Shown here: one piece after another, positions 32,786 through 47,100 of the stretch
Layout: each line of letters begins with the position of its first letter
How positions within the stretch are numbered: position 1 is the stretch's first letter
From: Rebecca billardiae RCC1528
Lineage: Eukaryota > Protista > Haptophyta
Direction: 5' to 3'
Assembly (NCBI GenBank): GCA_965240325.2
Contig: OZ251227.1
Span: 2,914,001 to 2,978,000 of the forward strand
Length of the DNA: 64,000 nucleotides
Program-made: the position numbers and the translations under genes
Notes under the pieces: generated by a model
Database searches by the model: none
Told to the model about the DNA's origin: nothing
What the model saw: the letters and a program-made list of their open reading frames with translations, nothing else

Positions 32786-34306
32786 AACCTGCGCGTCGAC
32801 GCCCGTCCCGCCGCGGCCCGCGCCTCGATCGATCGTCGATCGGACCGCGTGCGTGCGACTCCGTCCGCGCCCGCGCGCAGGGTGGGAGGGGCTGATGCAG
32901 GAGCAGATGCAGGACTACCTCGAAATTGCACGCGACGAGGAGGTGCCCAGCGCGCACTTTACGCTGCGCGCATCATCGAGTGGTCGCCCAGCGAGCGCGG
33001 CAGCTGGCCACCGGGCCGGCTGACGGCGGGCGCAGCTGCCAGCTGCGGACGCGCAGCGGGCGCGGAGTGGAAGCCGGCGCAGCGGCCGGGCAGCGGCGGC
33101 CGGCGCGGCAGCACGCTCGTATACATCGCGGCAGCTACCGCCGTCGTGCGGGGAAAGCACACGCTCTCGGCGGCTTCCAAGATGCCGGCCGACGGGCCAC
33201 GGCGTGGCACTGCAGTGGCTGTGTCGAGCTGCTGCGGCGTGTGCTCGAGGCGCGGCGCTCGCACGGGCTACGCGGGCGCAGCGGGTGCGCGCAGCTGGCG
33301 CACGCAGTGCCACGTCCTGCGGCGCCAGTTTGGCGGCCGTCCGCCCCCCCGAGCTCGAGTTCTGCGCGCTTTGCGACGGCGCGGCCGGCAGCGCCCATCT
33401 GCCTGCTTGCTTGGGCACGCCAGCATGTCCGCCGCCGGGCCTGCTGCGCGCGCCGAAGCTGGAGGGCGGAGGAGGGCGCTGGGCTGCTCCTATGGCGTGC
33501 TGCAGCCCGGGCAGGCTCTACCGCGGCGCGGCGAGGCCGTCGCGCCTGCTCGCCGCCGTCGAGTCGCCCGTGCTGCGTGACCCTCGGCCGCACGTGCTCG
33601 CTCGGCGGCACCGCAGCACTAGCAGGCGTCCCATACCAGTATACTCGAGCCGCTGTGCGCACCCAAGGCGCGAGCTGCTCGAGCGGGCCAGGTGGGCCCA
33701 GGGGGTGCGTGCAGCTGGCACACGCAGCCCCGGCCCGTGTCATGGGGTGTCGGTTTGACGGTCGCCAGCCCCTGTGGGCTCGAGCGCTGTGCGCTTCACC
33801 ACGGAGGTGCTGGCAGCGCCCCGCGGCGCGCAACGGCGGGGCAGCATGGCCGCCGCCGGCGCCGCCGCACATGCCGCCGCTTACGGGCAGTCGAGAGCTT
33901 GGGGCAGCACCACTCCACCAGTACGGCCGAAAACGGCGCATGCTGCAGCTCGGGGCGGGCTCTGCCAGCCTGCTGTGGCGTGATCGCGCATTTTCCAGAC
34001 CGTCGACTCGCCCGCGCTGCATAATATTCCATTATTCGTTTGCCGCGCGTGCTCGACGGCGCTCCGCGCTGCTGCTGCCGCTACGGCCGCGCGTTGGACG
34101 GACAGCATATGCCGACGGAGAGTGCACCGCGGGCCCCTAACTACGTTGGTTCTACGGAAGGACCGCGGAACGCGGTCATATACTACTACCATCATTGCAT
34201 ACCGCTGTATGCGAGCATACTGCGCTACTGTGGACGGCCGGGCCCATGTTGGACAAGCCATAGCAGTGCCAGCGGTTGCCAGCCCCGCTGCACAGTGAGC
34301 CGCGCG

Positions 34307-36755
34307 TCAGGCGTCATCCGATTCCGCACCTCGGTCATCATCGTCCTCGCTCGTGCTCTCGTCCGTCGTGGAGAGCTCCCCGGTGGAGCGCTGCAGCTGC
34401 CGGGCCGCCTCGCGCGCGCGCTCGTCTGTGTCGATGAGCGCTGCGCTGACGGACAGCAGGTGGTGGATTTCCCTCTCGGCCATGGCGCGGAACTCGTGCT
34501 CGGGCGATGTCTGCGCAGGCACACGCGCGGTTCGGGCGGGGGCGCGTGGCGCAGGCGCGTCGGCGCGCGCCGTCAGCTCTGCACTGCACGCCATCCGCGC
34601 GCGGCGCGCTGCCCGCGATCTCGACGTGGCCAGAGCGAGCCGGCGCGTGCGCGCACCCATTCCACTGCTCGCGGTGGCGCCGAGACCGCGTGCGACGACG
34701 CCTCGCTGATCGGAGGCAGCTCGGTCGGTGCCGTCTCGAGCTGCTGCCAGCCCGGCGCCGCGCGGGCCGCCTCCGCGTGCCCCAGCAGCGCGCGCTGTGC
34801 GCCCTGCAGCTGTGCGCGGATCTGCTCGACGTGGGGCCTGAGCTGGTAGTCGTCCTCCATGCACGACTGCGCGCGCGCGAAGGTAGGGAGCGCGTGGGGC
34901 CAGCGCGCCGGCGGTGGCCGTCAGCGACCGGCCGCGCGCCGCAAGGCCGCGCGCGCGCGCGCCGAGCGGGGCACGGCGCGCGTGCGCACCTCCGCGAGCG
35001 CCGTGACGCTCTGGACCACGGCCGCGGGGATGTCGGGGTCGCACTGGAGCAGGGCGGAGCGCACGTCCGGGCGCGACTGCTTGCCCGTGATCACGCCCAC
35101 CTCCACCTGCTGCACCGGCACGCCGTCGTACGGCATGCGCCGCGCGGCCAGCTCGAAGAGCAGCACGCCGAAGCTGTACGCGTCCGCGCGCTCGTCGTGC
35201 GGCTGCTGCCGCAGCACCTCGGGCGCGGTCCACTGGCACGTGCCCATGCGCGCGGTCTCGATGGCGATGTGCTCGCGGATGCGCGCCGCGCCGAAGTCGC
35301 CGATCTTCGCGACCCACGCGTCCGTGAGCAGCACGTTGCCCGGCTTGAGGTCGCGGTGCACGACGGGCGGCGTCTGCGCGTGCAGGTAGCCGAGCCCGAG
35401 CGCGATCTCCTCCGCCCACTTGAGCTGCACGCTCACCGGGATCACGAGCGAGCTGTGCACGGGCTGCGGCATGTGCAGCACCTCGTGCAGCGACGAGCGG
35501 CACAGCTCGTGCACCATGCTCACCTGCCCCTGCTCCAGGCAGCCGCCGAGGAAGCGCACGATGTGCGCGTGCTGCAGGCTCGCCATCATCTGCATCTCCT
35601 GGATGAACGAGTGCGCGCGCCGGCTGCCCTGCTCGTGCCCGCCGCCCGAGTTGTCCACACGCAGCTTCTTCACCGCGACGTCGTGCCCGCTCCACCGCGC
35701 CTTGTACACGATCCCGAACGTGCCGATGCCTATACGCTCGCGCAGCTGCATCGTCGCCGCGTCCACGGCCCAGCCGGGCGTGTCGTGCAGCAGCGAGAGC
35801 GAGCTCAGCGCTGCAGCACCACACCGCCAGACCGCCAGACCGCCACCGCACCACCGCACCGGCGAGCGCGCGCGGCACGGCGCGGCGCGGCGAGGAGAAG
35901 CGTGAGGGCGCCAGCGGACAGGGGGGGTCGCGGGCGCGCCGCGCGCGACGGCGAGCGCGCGCGTCGCACGGCGGGGCGCGCGCGACGCGCAGCGCGCAGG
36001 GGCGGTCGTCGGGTGCGGGTGTGCGAGCGCGCACCGTGCGCCTCGTCTTGCTCGCGCCTCGCGGGCACGCGGCTCAGGGGGAGGAGGGCGATGGGCCGGC
36101 GCGCCGGCGCGGGCGCCGCGCTGGGCGGCGCGGGCGGCGGCGCGCTCTCCGCCTCGTCGCCCGCCTCCCCGCGCGGAGGGCTCATCGACGCGCTGCGCCG
36201 CACCGGCAGCGTCATGCTCATCTGCGGCACGAGCGGCGAGGCGGCGTTGACCAGGCTGTTGCGCCGAGTCGGGATGCCCATCGAGAGCGCGAGCTGCGCC
36301 GCGACGGGCGTGCCCGTCGCCGACGTGAGCAGGGTGCCGCCGACGCGGCTCGCGTGCCGCGGCGGCAGACCGCCGCCGCCGCCCGCCCGTCTCGCGCCCG
36401 AGCCCTGCACGACGGACGCCCGCGGTCGCGCGCCAAGCGCGCCGGATGGCGTCTGCACGCGCGAGCGTGGCGTGGGCACCTGGAGCGTGGAGCGCGAGCG
36501 TGGCGTGGGCGTCTGGTTCCCGGCCTTCCGAGCGCGCGACGCGGTCGACATGCTGAGCGCCCCGCTCCCCTCGCTGTGGTTGCTGGCGGATCGCGCCAGC
36601 CCTTTGCCCGCGTGCGACGGGTGCAGGTGCACGTACGCCTCGATGGGCAGCGGCACTTGGAAGGCCTCCTCCATGCGGCCGGCCTCCTGGGAGGTGTGTC
36701 GGGGGAGGAGGCCACCTGTCCTCATCACGCCCGCAGGCTTGGTGGCCAGCACCAT
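34307..36755 (-). CDS. TKL/Raf-like (MAP3K-type) Ser/Thr kinase; introns 35811-36034, 34867-34989, 34511-34656
   Basis: IGIGTFGIVYKA, VAVKKL, HRDLKPGNVLL, IGDFGAAR, GTCQWTAPE, ADAYSFGVLLFEL. Confidence 0.92.
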
Positions 36756-37458
36756 GCCCGGCCGCCGAGCACCGCGCAGGGTGCACCGCGGTCTTGGGCG
36801 CCCCGCGCAGCTAGCGGTCGGCAGCTGGAGGCTCTGCTGGGCGGCTCTTTCTTTGATCAGGGAGCCAACCCCTTGCTTGGCGAAACGAGACGACGATGGC
36901 GGCGCGGCGCTTGACCTTTGTCCGGCCCGGGCGGTCAAAGGCTCGAGCGGAGCACTAGAAGAATTTCCCGGACCGAACCGAACGAAAGCCTGGCTGTATT
37001 GCTACGTGACGGGGTGACTCCACTAGCTGATGCCAGTCTACAGGCAGCATCGTCCACCACCTCGTCGTCCGCGGCCCGGTGCGCGCGCGCAGTGACGCGG
37101 GTCGGAGGCACGTCGCAGTCGGGCCCGCGGCCACGCGACGGCCGACGGCGGCGCGGTCGGACTCATTGTACTCGGTGAGTATTAGTCTACTAGTCGGTCG
37201 GCCGGTACAGTCACAGTGTGAGTTACTGTCGTACTGACTCGCCGGCGCTGTTAGTGTTACACTCGGTCACTGTACTCGCCGGAGTACGGTTAACCGTAAC
37301 GGTAGCGGTATGGCACCGGGCGGGCGGGTCTTCGAGATCCGCGCGGCCCGTGCCCGTGGGCGTGGGCGACGGCCACGGAGAGTTAATACTCGGGCCGAGC
37401 CCGAAGTCAAAGTGGCAGCTCTAAGTACTGTGACGCGGGACGCGGTCGACGCTAATAG

Positions 37459-38853
<1,395 letters not shown>

Positions 38854-39006
38854 ATAATACTAAGTTACTGACAGTCAGTCTCAGTGTCAAGAAACGCCAG
38901 TGGGGCGTGGCAGTACCCGCGACCGCGTCGCGGCGTCGTCAGTCGTGTCAGTCGTCGGTTCAGGTTGGCATCATCACGAAATTATGCTCGCAGCCTCGCA
39001 CAGCAG

Positions 39007-40167
39007 TCATCCCGCCACGGCCGCGCGTCTGCGGCTGCTGGTGCCGGCTGCGAGCGGCTTGCTGCCCGCTAGCAGACCACCTGCTCCTGCAGCAGCCATG
39101 CGCTCTGTGGGGGCCGGGCAGCAGTGTGCGTAGCGCGCGCACAGCGCGTGCTCCGCGTCTGGGCCCCAGTGCTTGTGCCGCGGCCAGCGTATGGGCTGGT
39201 GCTGCTGCGCCTTGGCCGACCCGCTCTTGGCCGCCGCAGATCCGTTCCCCCCGGCTGCACCCGGGCCCCAGTCTGGCTGCAAGAAGAGCTCGGGCGGGAA
39301 GACCGTCTCCAGCACGTCCTGCTCCGTGCGCGTGAAGGGCAGGAAGTGGCCCCGCAGCGCGTTCGCCATCAGCAGCGCAAACGTCTCGTGGCTCGGCCGG
39401 AGCAGCATCACTGGGCGAGGGGGTCGTGCCGCGCGAGCACGGTGGGGGGCGGATGGGCGGGGCGGGGCGGCTAGGCTGGGCGGGGCGGGGCGGAGACCGC
39501 ACCCCTCGAGCGCGCTGCGCGAGTGCCGCGCGAGTGCACGCGCCCCGCGCGCACTGTGCGTGTTGAGCCCCCAGTAGCCCCTGTACGCGCGCTCTGGCGC
39601 AGCCTGGAAGAGGAGCCCCGCTGAGCGCGCGCGCTGGAGCGTGGGCTCTGGCGAGGCGGAAAGCACGACGTCAAGGTCCGTGTGGAGCACCATGTCGTAC
39701 TCCACGAGCGTCCACGCGAAGAGCTTGTACAGTGTCGCCCAGCCGTCGTTGCGCGGCTGGACAATCTTGGGCTTCCGAGGCGGCAGCTGCAGCAGCGGCG
39801 TCGGCTGGCCGGGCAGCGTGCGGAAGAGCGGGCGCAGGTCGCGCGTAAGATTGCGCAGGTCCCAGCCCTGTGCGTGGAGCATCGCCATCGAGTCCTCGTC
39901 GTACTCGCCGTGCATCAGCAGCACCTTGGGCCCCGTGTACGCGTGCGCGCGCAGCTGGCAGCCCATCTTGTACGCGAGCGCCGCGATCTTGCGCGGCGTG
40001 TGGTGCGCGCGGCAGATGCGCTCCTTCGCGGGGTCGCATGCGCGCGAAACGACCGTCGACACGACGGCGTATGGGGCGCGTGCGCCCCCGTCACAACCGG
40101 CCACAGCCGCGAGCACGGTGCATGCAACAAGGCCGAGGCGATTCGCGCCGGGCGCTGCCGCCATCAT
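39007..40167 (-). CDS. GT8 (glycogenin-like) glycosyltransferase; intron 39411-39554
   Basis: N-terminal signal/anchor; TLYKLFAWTLVEYDMVLHTDLD, NTHMMLLRPS, EQDVL; C-terminus uncertain. Confidence 0.8.
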   Translation of the reverse strand: MMAAAPGANRLGLVACTVLAAVAGCDGGARAPYAVVSTVVSRACDPAKERICRAHHTPRKIAALAYKMGCQLRAHAYTGPKVLLMHGEYDEDSMAMLHAQGWDLRNLTRDLRPLFRTLPGQPTPLLQLPPRKPKIVQPRNDGWATLYKLFAWTLVEYDMVLHTDLDVVLSASPEPTLQRARSAGLLFQAAPERAYRGYWGLNTHSARGARALARHSRSALEGCGLRPAPPSLAAPPRPSAPHRARAARPPRPVMLLRPSHETFALLMANALRGHFLPFTRTEQDVLETVFPPELFLQPDWGPGAAGGNGSAAAKSGSAKAQQHQPIRWPRHKHWGPDAEHALCARYAHCCPAPTERMAAAGAGGLLAGSKPLAAGTSSRRRAAVAG

Positions 40168-40329
40168 CAAATGACAATCCGGCGCCAGTGCCCAGTGACG
40201 CCACGACCCGGTGCCTCCTAGGGTGGGTGGGGTGGCACCGGCTTAGCCGCTTACTGTCTCATCAGATGTCCATCATAGTTATCGACTGTTAACAGTATAC
40301 ACTTGTTACTGACTGCTAGCTACGTAGAT

Positions 40330-41164
40330 TATTGGGATTACCGCAAGCTCCGAGCGTCTCGAGCCCTGCTAAAAGCTCACCGCGCACGACAGGACGGACG
40401 CCACCGCGAGGATCACATGCCTCGCGATCTCATCAGCTCTCAAGCCTCTGAACCTGGCCCTTATTTCCGGCGCTCTTGCGCCGGGCCAAAACAGCGATCG
40501 AGCTCCGATCGCTCCTGGGCTCGGGGCGGTAGTATCATCGCCGTGCCGACTTACCCAGATTTTGCCGCGATCAGCCAATCGGCGATCGCACCGTCCGTCC
40601 TGTTGCCGCTCAACTTTGTACCACTGCTTCTCGTCCATGTCCGGTGCTGCTCACCTGCTTTCCTTGGACAAATCCAGTGTACCAGCATGACGCCCGCGCT
40701 GCTCCGCGCTGCTCCGCGCTGCTCCGCGCTGCTCCGCGCTGCTCCGCGCTGCTCCGCGCTGCTCCGCGCTGCTCCGCGCTGCTCCGCGCGCTCCGCGCTG
40801 CTCCGCGCGCCCCGCGCTGCTCCGCGCTCCCGCGCCGCTGCGCCCGCGCTGCTCCGCGCCCGCGCCGCTGCGCCCGCGCTGCTCCGCGCTCGCGCGTCTG
40901 CTGCCGCGCGCGTCCTGGACGCGCGCGCTGCCAGCCACTGCTCCGCAGCAGCTGCTGCCGCCGGCCCGCCTGATGCGGCGCCAGCCCTGACACCCCAGCG
41001 GCAACGCCATCTGCTGAGATGCGTGCCCCAGACTGTGCCAGTTCATCCGCACTGCTGCTCTGCAGCAGCTGCGCCGCCGGTCTGCCTGCTGCAGCACCGG
41101 CCCTGACTCACCGCCGGCGACGCCATCTGCTGAGATGCGCGCCCCTGGCCTCGTCAGCTCAACA
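40330..41164 (-). repeat. 3' LTR (835 bp) with (GCTCCGCGCT)8
   Basis: Direct repeat of 44280-45104. Confidence 0.95.
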
Positions 41165-44100
41165 CCCCCCCTCGACAGCCATAGCCGCGAGCGAGTAGCG
41201 CCGCTCATCGCGCGCGCGTCGGGTGTCGCACACCATGATGGCGTCGACGTGCCACTCAAACGTAGCAGCGTCGTCCGTCGCCTTCGTCATGATGTCGGCG
41301 TGGTACATTGACCTCACGCCACGTACTCCGCCTCCGTCGAGCTCAGCTGGGCCATAACCTGCAGCCCGCTGCTGTGCCACGACACCGGCAATCCATTGTA
41401 GAAGACAATGATGCAGCCACCCGTCGACCTCCACCCGGATTCCCCTGGGTTGTTAGACCAAACAGAGTCACCCAAAGTGAGCAAGTCGTCGAGCTCGTCA
41501 ATCTCCGCGCGCTGGACCAACGCCTTGTCCGCGTCGGTCAGCCTCGCGCGCGCCGCTGCCTCTGGCAGCCGTATCCGCGTGCTCGCGTTCGTGCCGAATC
41601 GCTCGAGCCCGCCATCGATCGCCTCTGCGACCCGCGGCAACCCGCCCGCATCTGCGCGGCGGTCCCGCGCCAAAGTTGCGCCGGTGGTATCTCATACCAC
41701 CAGTGCGACTGCGCCCATGGCGCGCCCGCACCGCCCCGATCGCCGGCCTGCGGCATCGGCGGCTGTGCGCCCGTGCGCCCGCGCTGCTGCGCCCGCGCTG
41801 ACCCGCGCCCGCGCTGCTGCGCCCGCGCACCTGTGCTACGCGGCGACCCGCCAGCATCTGCTGCGGCCCCGCGCCGGGATTCCGTCGGCGGGATCCGACC
41901 CTGCCGACCCAGGCTGTGTCGCTGACGCGCCTGCTCCGCCACGCCCGCCCTGCGGCGTCGGCGTCGACGGCTGTGCGCACGCGCTGCTGCGCCCGCGCGC
42001 TGTTCCGCGCCTGCGCTGCCGCGCCCGTGCGCTGTTCCGCACCTGCGCTGCCGCGCCTGCGCGCTCCGCGCCCGCGCTGCTGCGCTCGCGCGCTGTTCCG
42101 CGCCCGCGCTGCTGCGCCCGCGCGCTGTTCCGCGCCCGCGCTGCCGCGCCCGCGCGCTGTTCCGCGTCCGCGCTGCCGCGCTCGCGCGCCGACGCCGACG
42201 CATCTGCGTCGCCGTCGTTCCTGACGTCGAACTCCGTCGCGTCGTCGTCACCGGCGTCGGCCGGCGGCTCGCCGCCGTCGCCGTCATCGTCCTGCGCCGC
42301 GCGGCGGCCCGCCAGCATCTGCTGCGGCCCCGCGCCGTGATTCCGCCGGCGGTATCTGACCCTGCCGACCCGGCTGCGTCATCGACGCGCCTGTCCCGCC
42401 ACGCCCGCCCTGCGGCGTCGGCGTCGACGGCTGTGCGCCCGCGCTGCTGCACCCGCGCTGTCCCGCGTCCACGCTGCTGCGCCCGCGCCCCGACGTTGAC
42501 GCATCTGCGTCGTCGTCGTACCCGACGTCGAACTCTGTCGCGTCGTCATTCCCGGCGTCGGCTGGCTGCTCGCCGCCGTCGCCGTCATCCGCGCCCGCGC
42601 TGCTGCACCCGCGCTGTCCCGCGTCCACGCTGCTGCGCCCGCGCCCCGACGTTGACGCATCTGCGTCGTCGTCGTACCCGACGTCGAACTCTGTCGCGTC
42701 GTCATTCCCGGCGTCGGCTGGCTGCTCGCCGCCGTCGCCGTCCTCGTCCTCACCGTCGGCGTCACCGCCGACCGGACGATGTCCGCCGCTTACCGCGGCG
42801 CCGTCACCATCACCCACGTACGCGCCACCGTCAGGTGCGCCCAGCGACGAGTGCCCCCCCTCGACCAGGTCGGTCTCGTCGATGCGTACGTCACGCAAGT
42901 GAAGAGACGTCCGTCGTCTACACGACATACGTACCAGAGTACGTTGAAGCCACGGAGCTGCTCCGCGCGCGGCGCGCGCTGATCGCCGCCGCCGCTGCCT
43001 CCTCCGCCCTCGCAGCCAGTCGGTATCTCTCCGCCGTCTTGGCCGCCGCCACGATCCCCGCCGTCGCCACCGCCGCCTGAGCCAGGCGATGAGCTTCGTG
43101 CGTGGACGTGTGGGTGCCGCCGCCACCACCGGGCGTACGACCACCTGGTTCGGTGCGCCCAGCGCCGCCGAGCCACTGCCGCGCGCTGCTGCGCGCACAC
43201 ACGCCGCACCGGCGTCCTGCGCCGTGCGTGTGCTTCCACCGACGCCTCAGCGTCGGGTCCCCACCTGCCGCCGAATGATCTCGGCCCGCAGCATGGAATC
43301 GAGCTGAACCTCCCGGCGTAGGCCGAGTGCCATGCACTGCCCCGCCGTCACCCCGCACTCGCGCCTTGCGCGCGCGCGGATACCGCGACTCAAAGATCGC
43401 GCCAGCGCCGCCGTCTCGGCGGCACTGCCAGCTGCGCCTCGCGTCAGCTGCAGACGTAGTCTCGGCGCCGCTGCGCCGCCCCGTCATGATCCCGCGCTCG
43501 CGCCTCGCGCGCGCGCGATTCCCGCGACTCAACAGTCGCGCCAGCGCCGCCATCTCGGTGCGGCACTGCCAGCTGCGCCTCGCGTCAGCTGCCGGCGTAG
43601 GACCAGTGCCAAGCACTGCCCGCCGCCGTAACAGCGCTCGTGTCGCCAGATTCCACCCGGACGATTCCGATAGATCCGGGTGTGCCAACCGCCGGACCTG
43701 TATCCAGTCCGGTCGTGCCAGCCGTGCCAGCCGGACCGCAAAACCCAGTCCAGCTGCCAGCCGCCATCCGGTGCCCTAGACCACCGGACAGGTTGATGAG
43801 CCAGCCCCTCCGAGTAGATCGCCGAGCCCGCCGTCGCCGCCGTCAGCTGCCGTGCAGCCACCCGGCGCTCGGGGTGCGTGCTCGCGCCGATCGTGCCAGT
43901 AGCGCTGCTCAGTCATCCGCCGCTGCACGCAGTAGTTCTCCTGCACCAGCTGCATCCGCTCAGATCCAATCGTGAGCTTCCGGGAGGCTGTCGTGTCGGG
44001 CTCATCACCGACAGGTACTGTTCCTCCCAATCGACGCGAAGTTCCGCGTCCGGGCCATGCGCGGAGATGATGCCGATGATCCCTGGCATCGTAGCGCCAT

Positions 44101-44279
44101 GCCCCATCGAGAGCGTCGCCAGTTTGCCCGCGCTCTCGGCCAGGAACCTCTGCTGCATTCCATGCGACGCCAGAGTTCCTCGTTCCGCCCATCCTGCAAC
44201 CGCGGCCGCTCGTGCCCATCAGCCCAATCGATGAGAAAGGACAGTGCGGACAACTCCCTCCCTGGGGTTGCTGCGCGCA

Positions 44280-45104
44280 TATTGGGATTACCGCAAGCTC
44301 CGAGCGTCTCGAGCCCTGCTAAAAGCTCACCGCGCACGACAGGACGGACGCCACCGCGAGGATCACATGCCTCGCGATCTCATCAGCTCTCAAGCCTCTG
44401 AACCTGGCCCTTATTTCCGGCGCTCTTGCGCCGGGCCAAAACAGCGATCGAGCTCCGATCGCTCCTGGGCTCGGGGCGGTAGTATCATCGCCGTGCCGAC
44501 TTACCCAGATTTTGCCGCGATCAGCCAATCGGCGATCGCACCGTCCGTCCTGTTGCCGCTCAACTTTGTACCACTGCTTCTCGTCCATGTCCGGTGCTGC
44601 TCACCTGCTTTCCTTGGACAAATCCAGTGTACCAGCATGACGCCCGCGCTGCTCCGCGCTGCTCCGCGCTGCTCCGCGCTGCTCCGCGCTGCTCCGCGCT
44701 GCTCCGCGCTGCTCCGCGCTGCTCCGCGCGCTCCGCGCTGCTCCGCGCGCCCCGCGCTGCTCCGCGCTCCCGCGCCGCTGCGCCCGCGCTGCTCCGCGCC
44801 CGCGCCGCTGCGCCCGCGCTGCTCCGCGCTCGCGCGTCTGCTGCCGCGCGCGTCCTGGACGCGCGCGCTGCCAGCCACTGCTCCGCAGCAGCTGCTGCCG
44901 CCGGCCCGCCTGATGCGGCGCCAGCCCTGACACCCCAGCGGCAACGCCATCTGCTGAGATGCGTGCCCCAGACTGTGCCAGTTCATCCGCACTGCTGCTC
45001 TGCAGCAGCTGCGCCGCCGGTCTGCCTGCTGCAGCACCGGCCCTGACTCACCGCCGGCGACGCCATCTGCTGAGATGCGCGCCCCTGGCCTCGTCAGCTC
45101 AACA
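44280..45104 (-). repeat. 5' LTR (825 bp) with (GCTCCGCGCT)7
   Basis: Direct repeat of 40330-41164. Confidence 0.95.
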
Positions 45105-45257
45105 TAGATGTGTAATCATACGACGCGCGCTGTCTCAGTCTTCTCTGTCAACTACATACCGCTGGGTGACGGGTGTGCCGGAATAACAGTGTTCGCCGCG
45201 GACGATGCGATGATGTCGTATGATGCGTATACATTACATATAACATAGTATAACATT

Positions 45258-45299
<42 letters not shown>
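45258..45299. repeat. Compound (CA)n(TA)n microsatellite
   Basis: Seen directly. Confidence 0.9.
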
Positions 45300-45483
45300 G
45301 TATGTCATCACGCGATTTGATGTCACGATACTCACGATCGGCCGCATCGCCATCTAAAGTGATGACGCAGATTCTAAATGCGATTGATTCAGCAATAAGT
45401 GCGCGTACGTACACTTGATGCCCGGGATGGAACCATTGTCCGCAGGCCAGCGGGTCAAGCTCCGTCTGAAACTGGTGAAAGAG

Positions 45484-47100
45484 CTAGTCGAGCCGCGTGT
45501 GCCGCCGCGCGAGCTGCACAGGCAGCGCGCTCGAATTGTCGAGGAAGCGCAGCCCGAATGGGTGCGACCACGCCGAGTCGTCGAGCTTCTGCACGCGCCT
45601 GCCGCACGGCAAGGAGCGCAGCGTGTCCGAGAGCTGCATCGAGCCGGGCATCTCCGCGGTGAACGGGACGAGGCAGTGCGGCAGGACCTCCACCGCCGAC
45701 TCATAGTGGAACTTGCGCTGCCGGTCGGGGTGGAAGTACACGCCCCGGCGCGCGGACAGGGCGGCGGCTGTCTCGGAGAAGGACGACATGGGCGTGAGGA
45801 TGCGCAGGTCGCACCGCGCGAGCAGCATGAGCTCGACCAGCGAGTACACGGCGCCGGCGCGCGAGACTGAGCAGTTGTCCCCGCGACAGCTCTTGCCGTG
45901 TGCGAAGCCTGGGAAGATGACGACGCGCGACGCGCCGACAGCCTCGCCAAACGCAGCGCGCGCCGCATGCCGGCTCTCCTCCCCGTCGGTCGCCACGTAC
46001 CACACGGCCTCAGCCGCCCGGTGCGCGGGCACGGCGTCGCGCGCGCACTGCGCCAGCTGCGCCCACTGCTCGGGCGTCAGCTTGTTCGAGCGGAAGTCGC
46101 GTCCGTTGCGCACGTGCACGCCGACGATGAACGGCCGCGGGCTGCTCGGCGCGCCGGGCGGGCTGGCGCCGCCTGCCCCGCGCGCACCGGCTTGCGCGGC
46201 TGCAGCTTGGATCTGCGCGTGCGCGGCGCTCAGCTGCCCGGCGACATCGTCGCTGACGGGAAGCACGCGCGACACCACCGCCGCGAACAGGCCCTCCGCG
46301 CTCCCGAACGCGCGCGTGAACGCGTGGCGCAAGGACGGGTTGAGGTGCAGCACGTGCATGAAGCACGGCGAGCCGCTCAGCACGACGGTGGGCACGCTGC
46401 TCAGGCCCGGGCCGAGCGCGTCCGTGCACAGGAAGTCGTGGAGCATGTGCTCCCACGCGAGGCTCTTCTCCGGACGCGGCGTGCTGAACGTGGCGAGCTG
46501 CACGCGCGGAGAGAACATGTCGAGGAGCCGGCCGTAGTACCCGCCGTCAAAGTCCATCAGCACGGCGCGCGAGGTGAGCACGCCGAGCACGAGGGCGGAG
46601 ACGAGCACGCGCACGCGGTTGCAGAGCTGGCAGCACGGCCTCACGATGATGAAGCGGCGGGGCACCTGCTGGCCGCGCCACGCCACGTGGGAGCTGTCCC
46701 GCGGCGCGCTCACGATCGCGTTGTGGAGCTCCACGTACTCGTCGAGAGTGTCGTTGCGCAGCCGTGCGTGCTGCGCGCCATCGGCATCGCGCACTGTGGA
46801 CGCGAGCCACGACGCCGGCTCGAACGAGCCGCCCGTCGGCGACGACGCGTTCGGGGCAGCCGCGATCGCGGGTTCGGCGGGCGCCGGCAGCGGCTGCGCT
46901 CCGTCGGACGGTGGCTCGGGTGCAAGGGGGCGGATCACCGCATCGGCAGCCGACGCCCTGCTCAGGTGCGCGGCTGCACGCTCTCGAAGCCGGCCGACTT
47001 GAAGTGGGTGCCAGCGGCCGGAGGTCGTCGCCCAGTAGAGCAGACTCGCGCACGTGCAGCCGATGACGCACGCGAGGGACGCGCGCGCGTGGCTTGGCAT
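45484..47100 (-). CDS. Type II membrane fucosyltransferase-like protein (GT37/GT23/GT11 superfamily)
   Basis: N-terminal TM; QLCNRVRVLVSALVLGVLTSRA, VGVHVRNG, WYVATD, ELMLLARCD...SSFSETAA. Confidence 0.8.
   Translation of the reverse strand: MPSHARASLACVIGCTCASLLYWATTSGRWHPLQVGRLRERAAAHLSRASAADAVIRPLAPEPPSDGAQPLPAPAEPAIAAAPNASSPTGGSFEPASWLASTVRDADGAQHARLRNDTLDEYVELHNAIVSAPRDSSHVAWRGQQVPRRFIIVRPCCQLCNRVRVLVSALVLGVLTSRAVLMDFDGGYYGRLLDMFSPRVQLATFSTPRPEKSLAWEHMLHDFLCTDALGPGLSSVPTVVLSGSPCFMHVLHLNPSLRHAFTRAFGSAEGLFAAVVSRVLPVSDDVAGQLSAAHAQIQAAAAQAGARGAGGASPPGAPSSPRPFIVGVHVRNGRDFRSNKLTPEQWAQLAQCARDAVPAHRAAEAVWYVATDGEESRHAARAAFGEAVGASRVVIFPGFAHGKSCRGDNCSVSRAGAVYSLVELMLLARCDLRILTPMSSFSETAAALSARRGVYFHPDRQRKFHYESAVEVLPHCLVPFTAEMPGSMQLSDTLRSLPCGRRVQKLDDSAWSHPFGLRFLDNSSALPVQLARRHTRLD

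Larger units (their letters stand above)
28177..34177 (+). mobile_element. Helentron/HINE-like non-autonomous element copy 1 (interrupted by 28202-31663)
   Basis: 5' GGCCCGCGGTGCA; 3' subterminal inverse TGCACCGCGGGCC at 34123-34135; terminal stem-loop GACCGCG-GAA-CGCGGTC; internal tandem repeats; ends shared with 37557-38853. Confidence 0.65.
40330..45104 (-). mobile_element. Non-autonomous Ty1/copia LTR retrotransposon, 5-bp TSD TAGAT
   Basis: LTRs 40330-41164 and 44280-45104; PPT GAGGGGGGG at 41165-41173; RNase H remnants STGG..., VSWHS, LSSTEAEYVA, ADIMTK; integrase remnant RDVRIDE. Confidence 0.93.

Noticed and set aside
41344-41360. GGTTATGGCCCAG resembling the half-tRNA-Met PBS of copia elements
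   Set aside because: Lies within the RNase H remnant near the 3' LTR, not next to the 5' LTR
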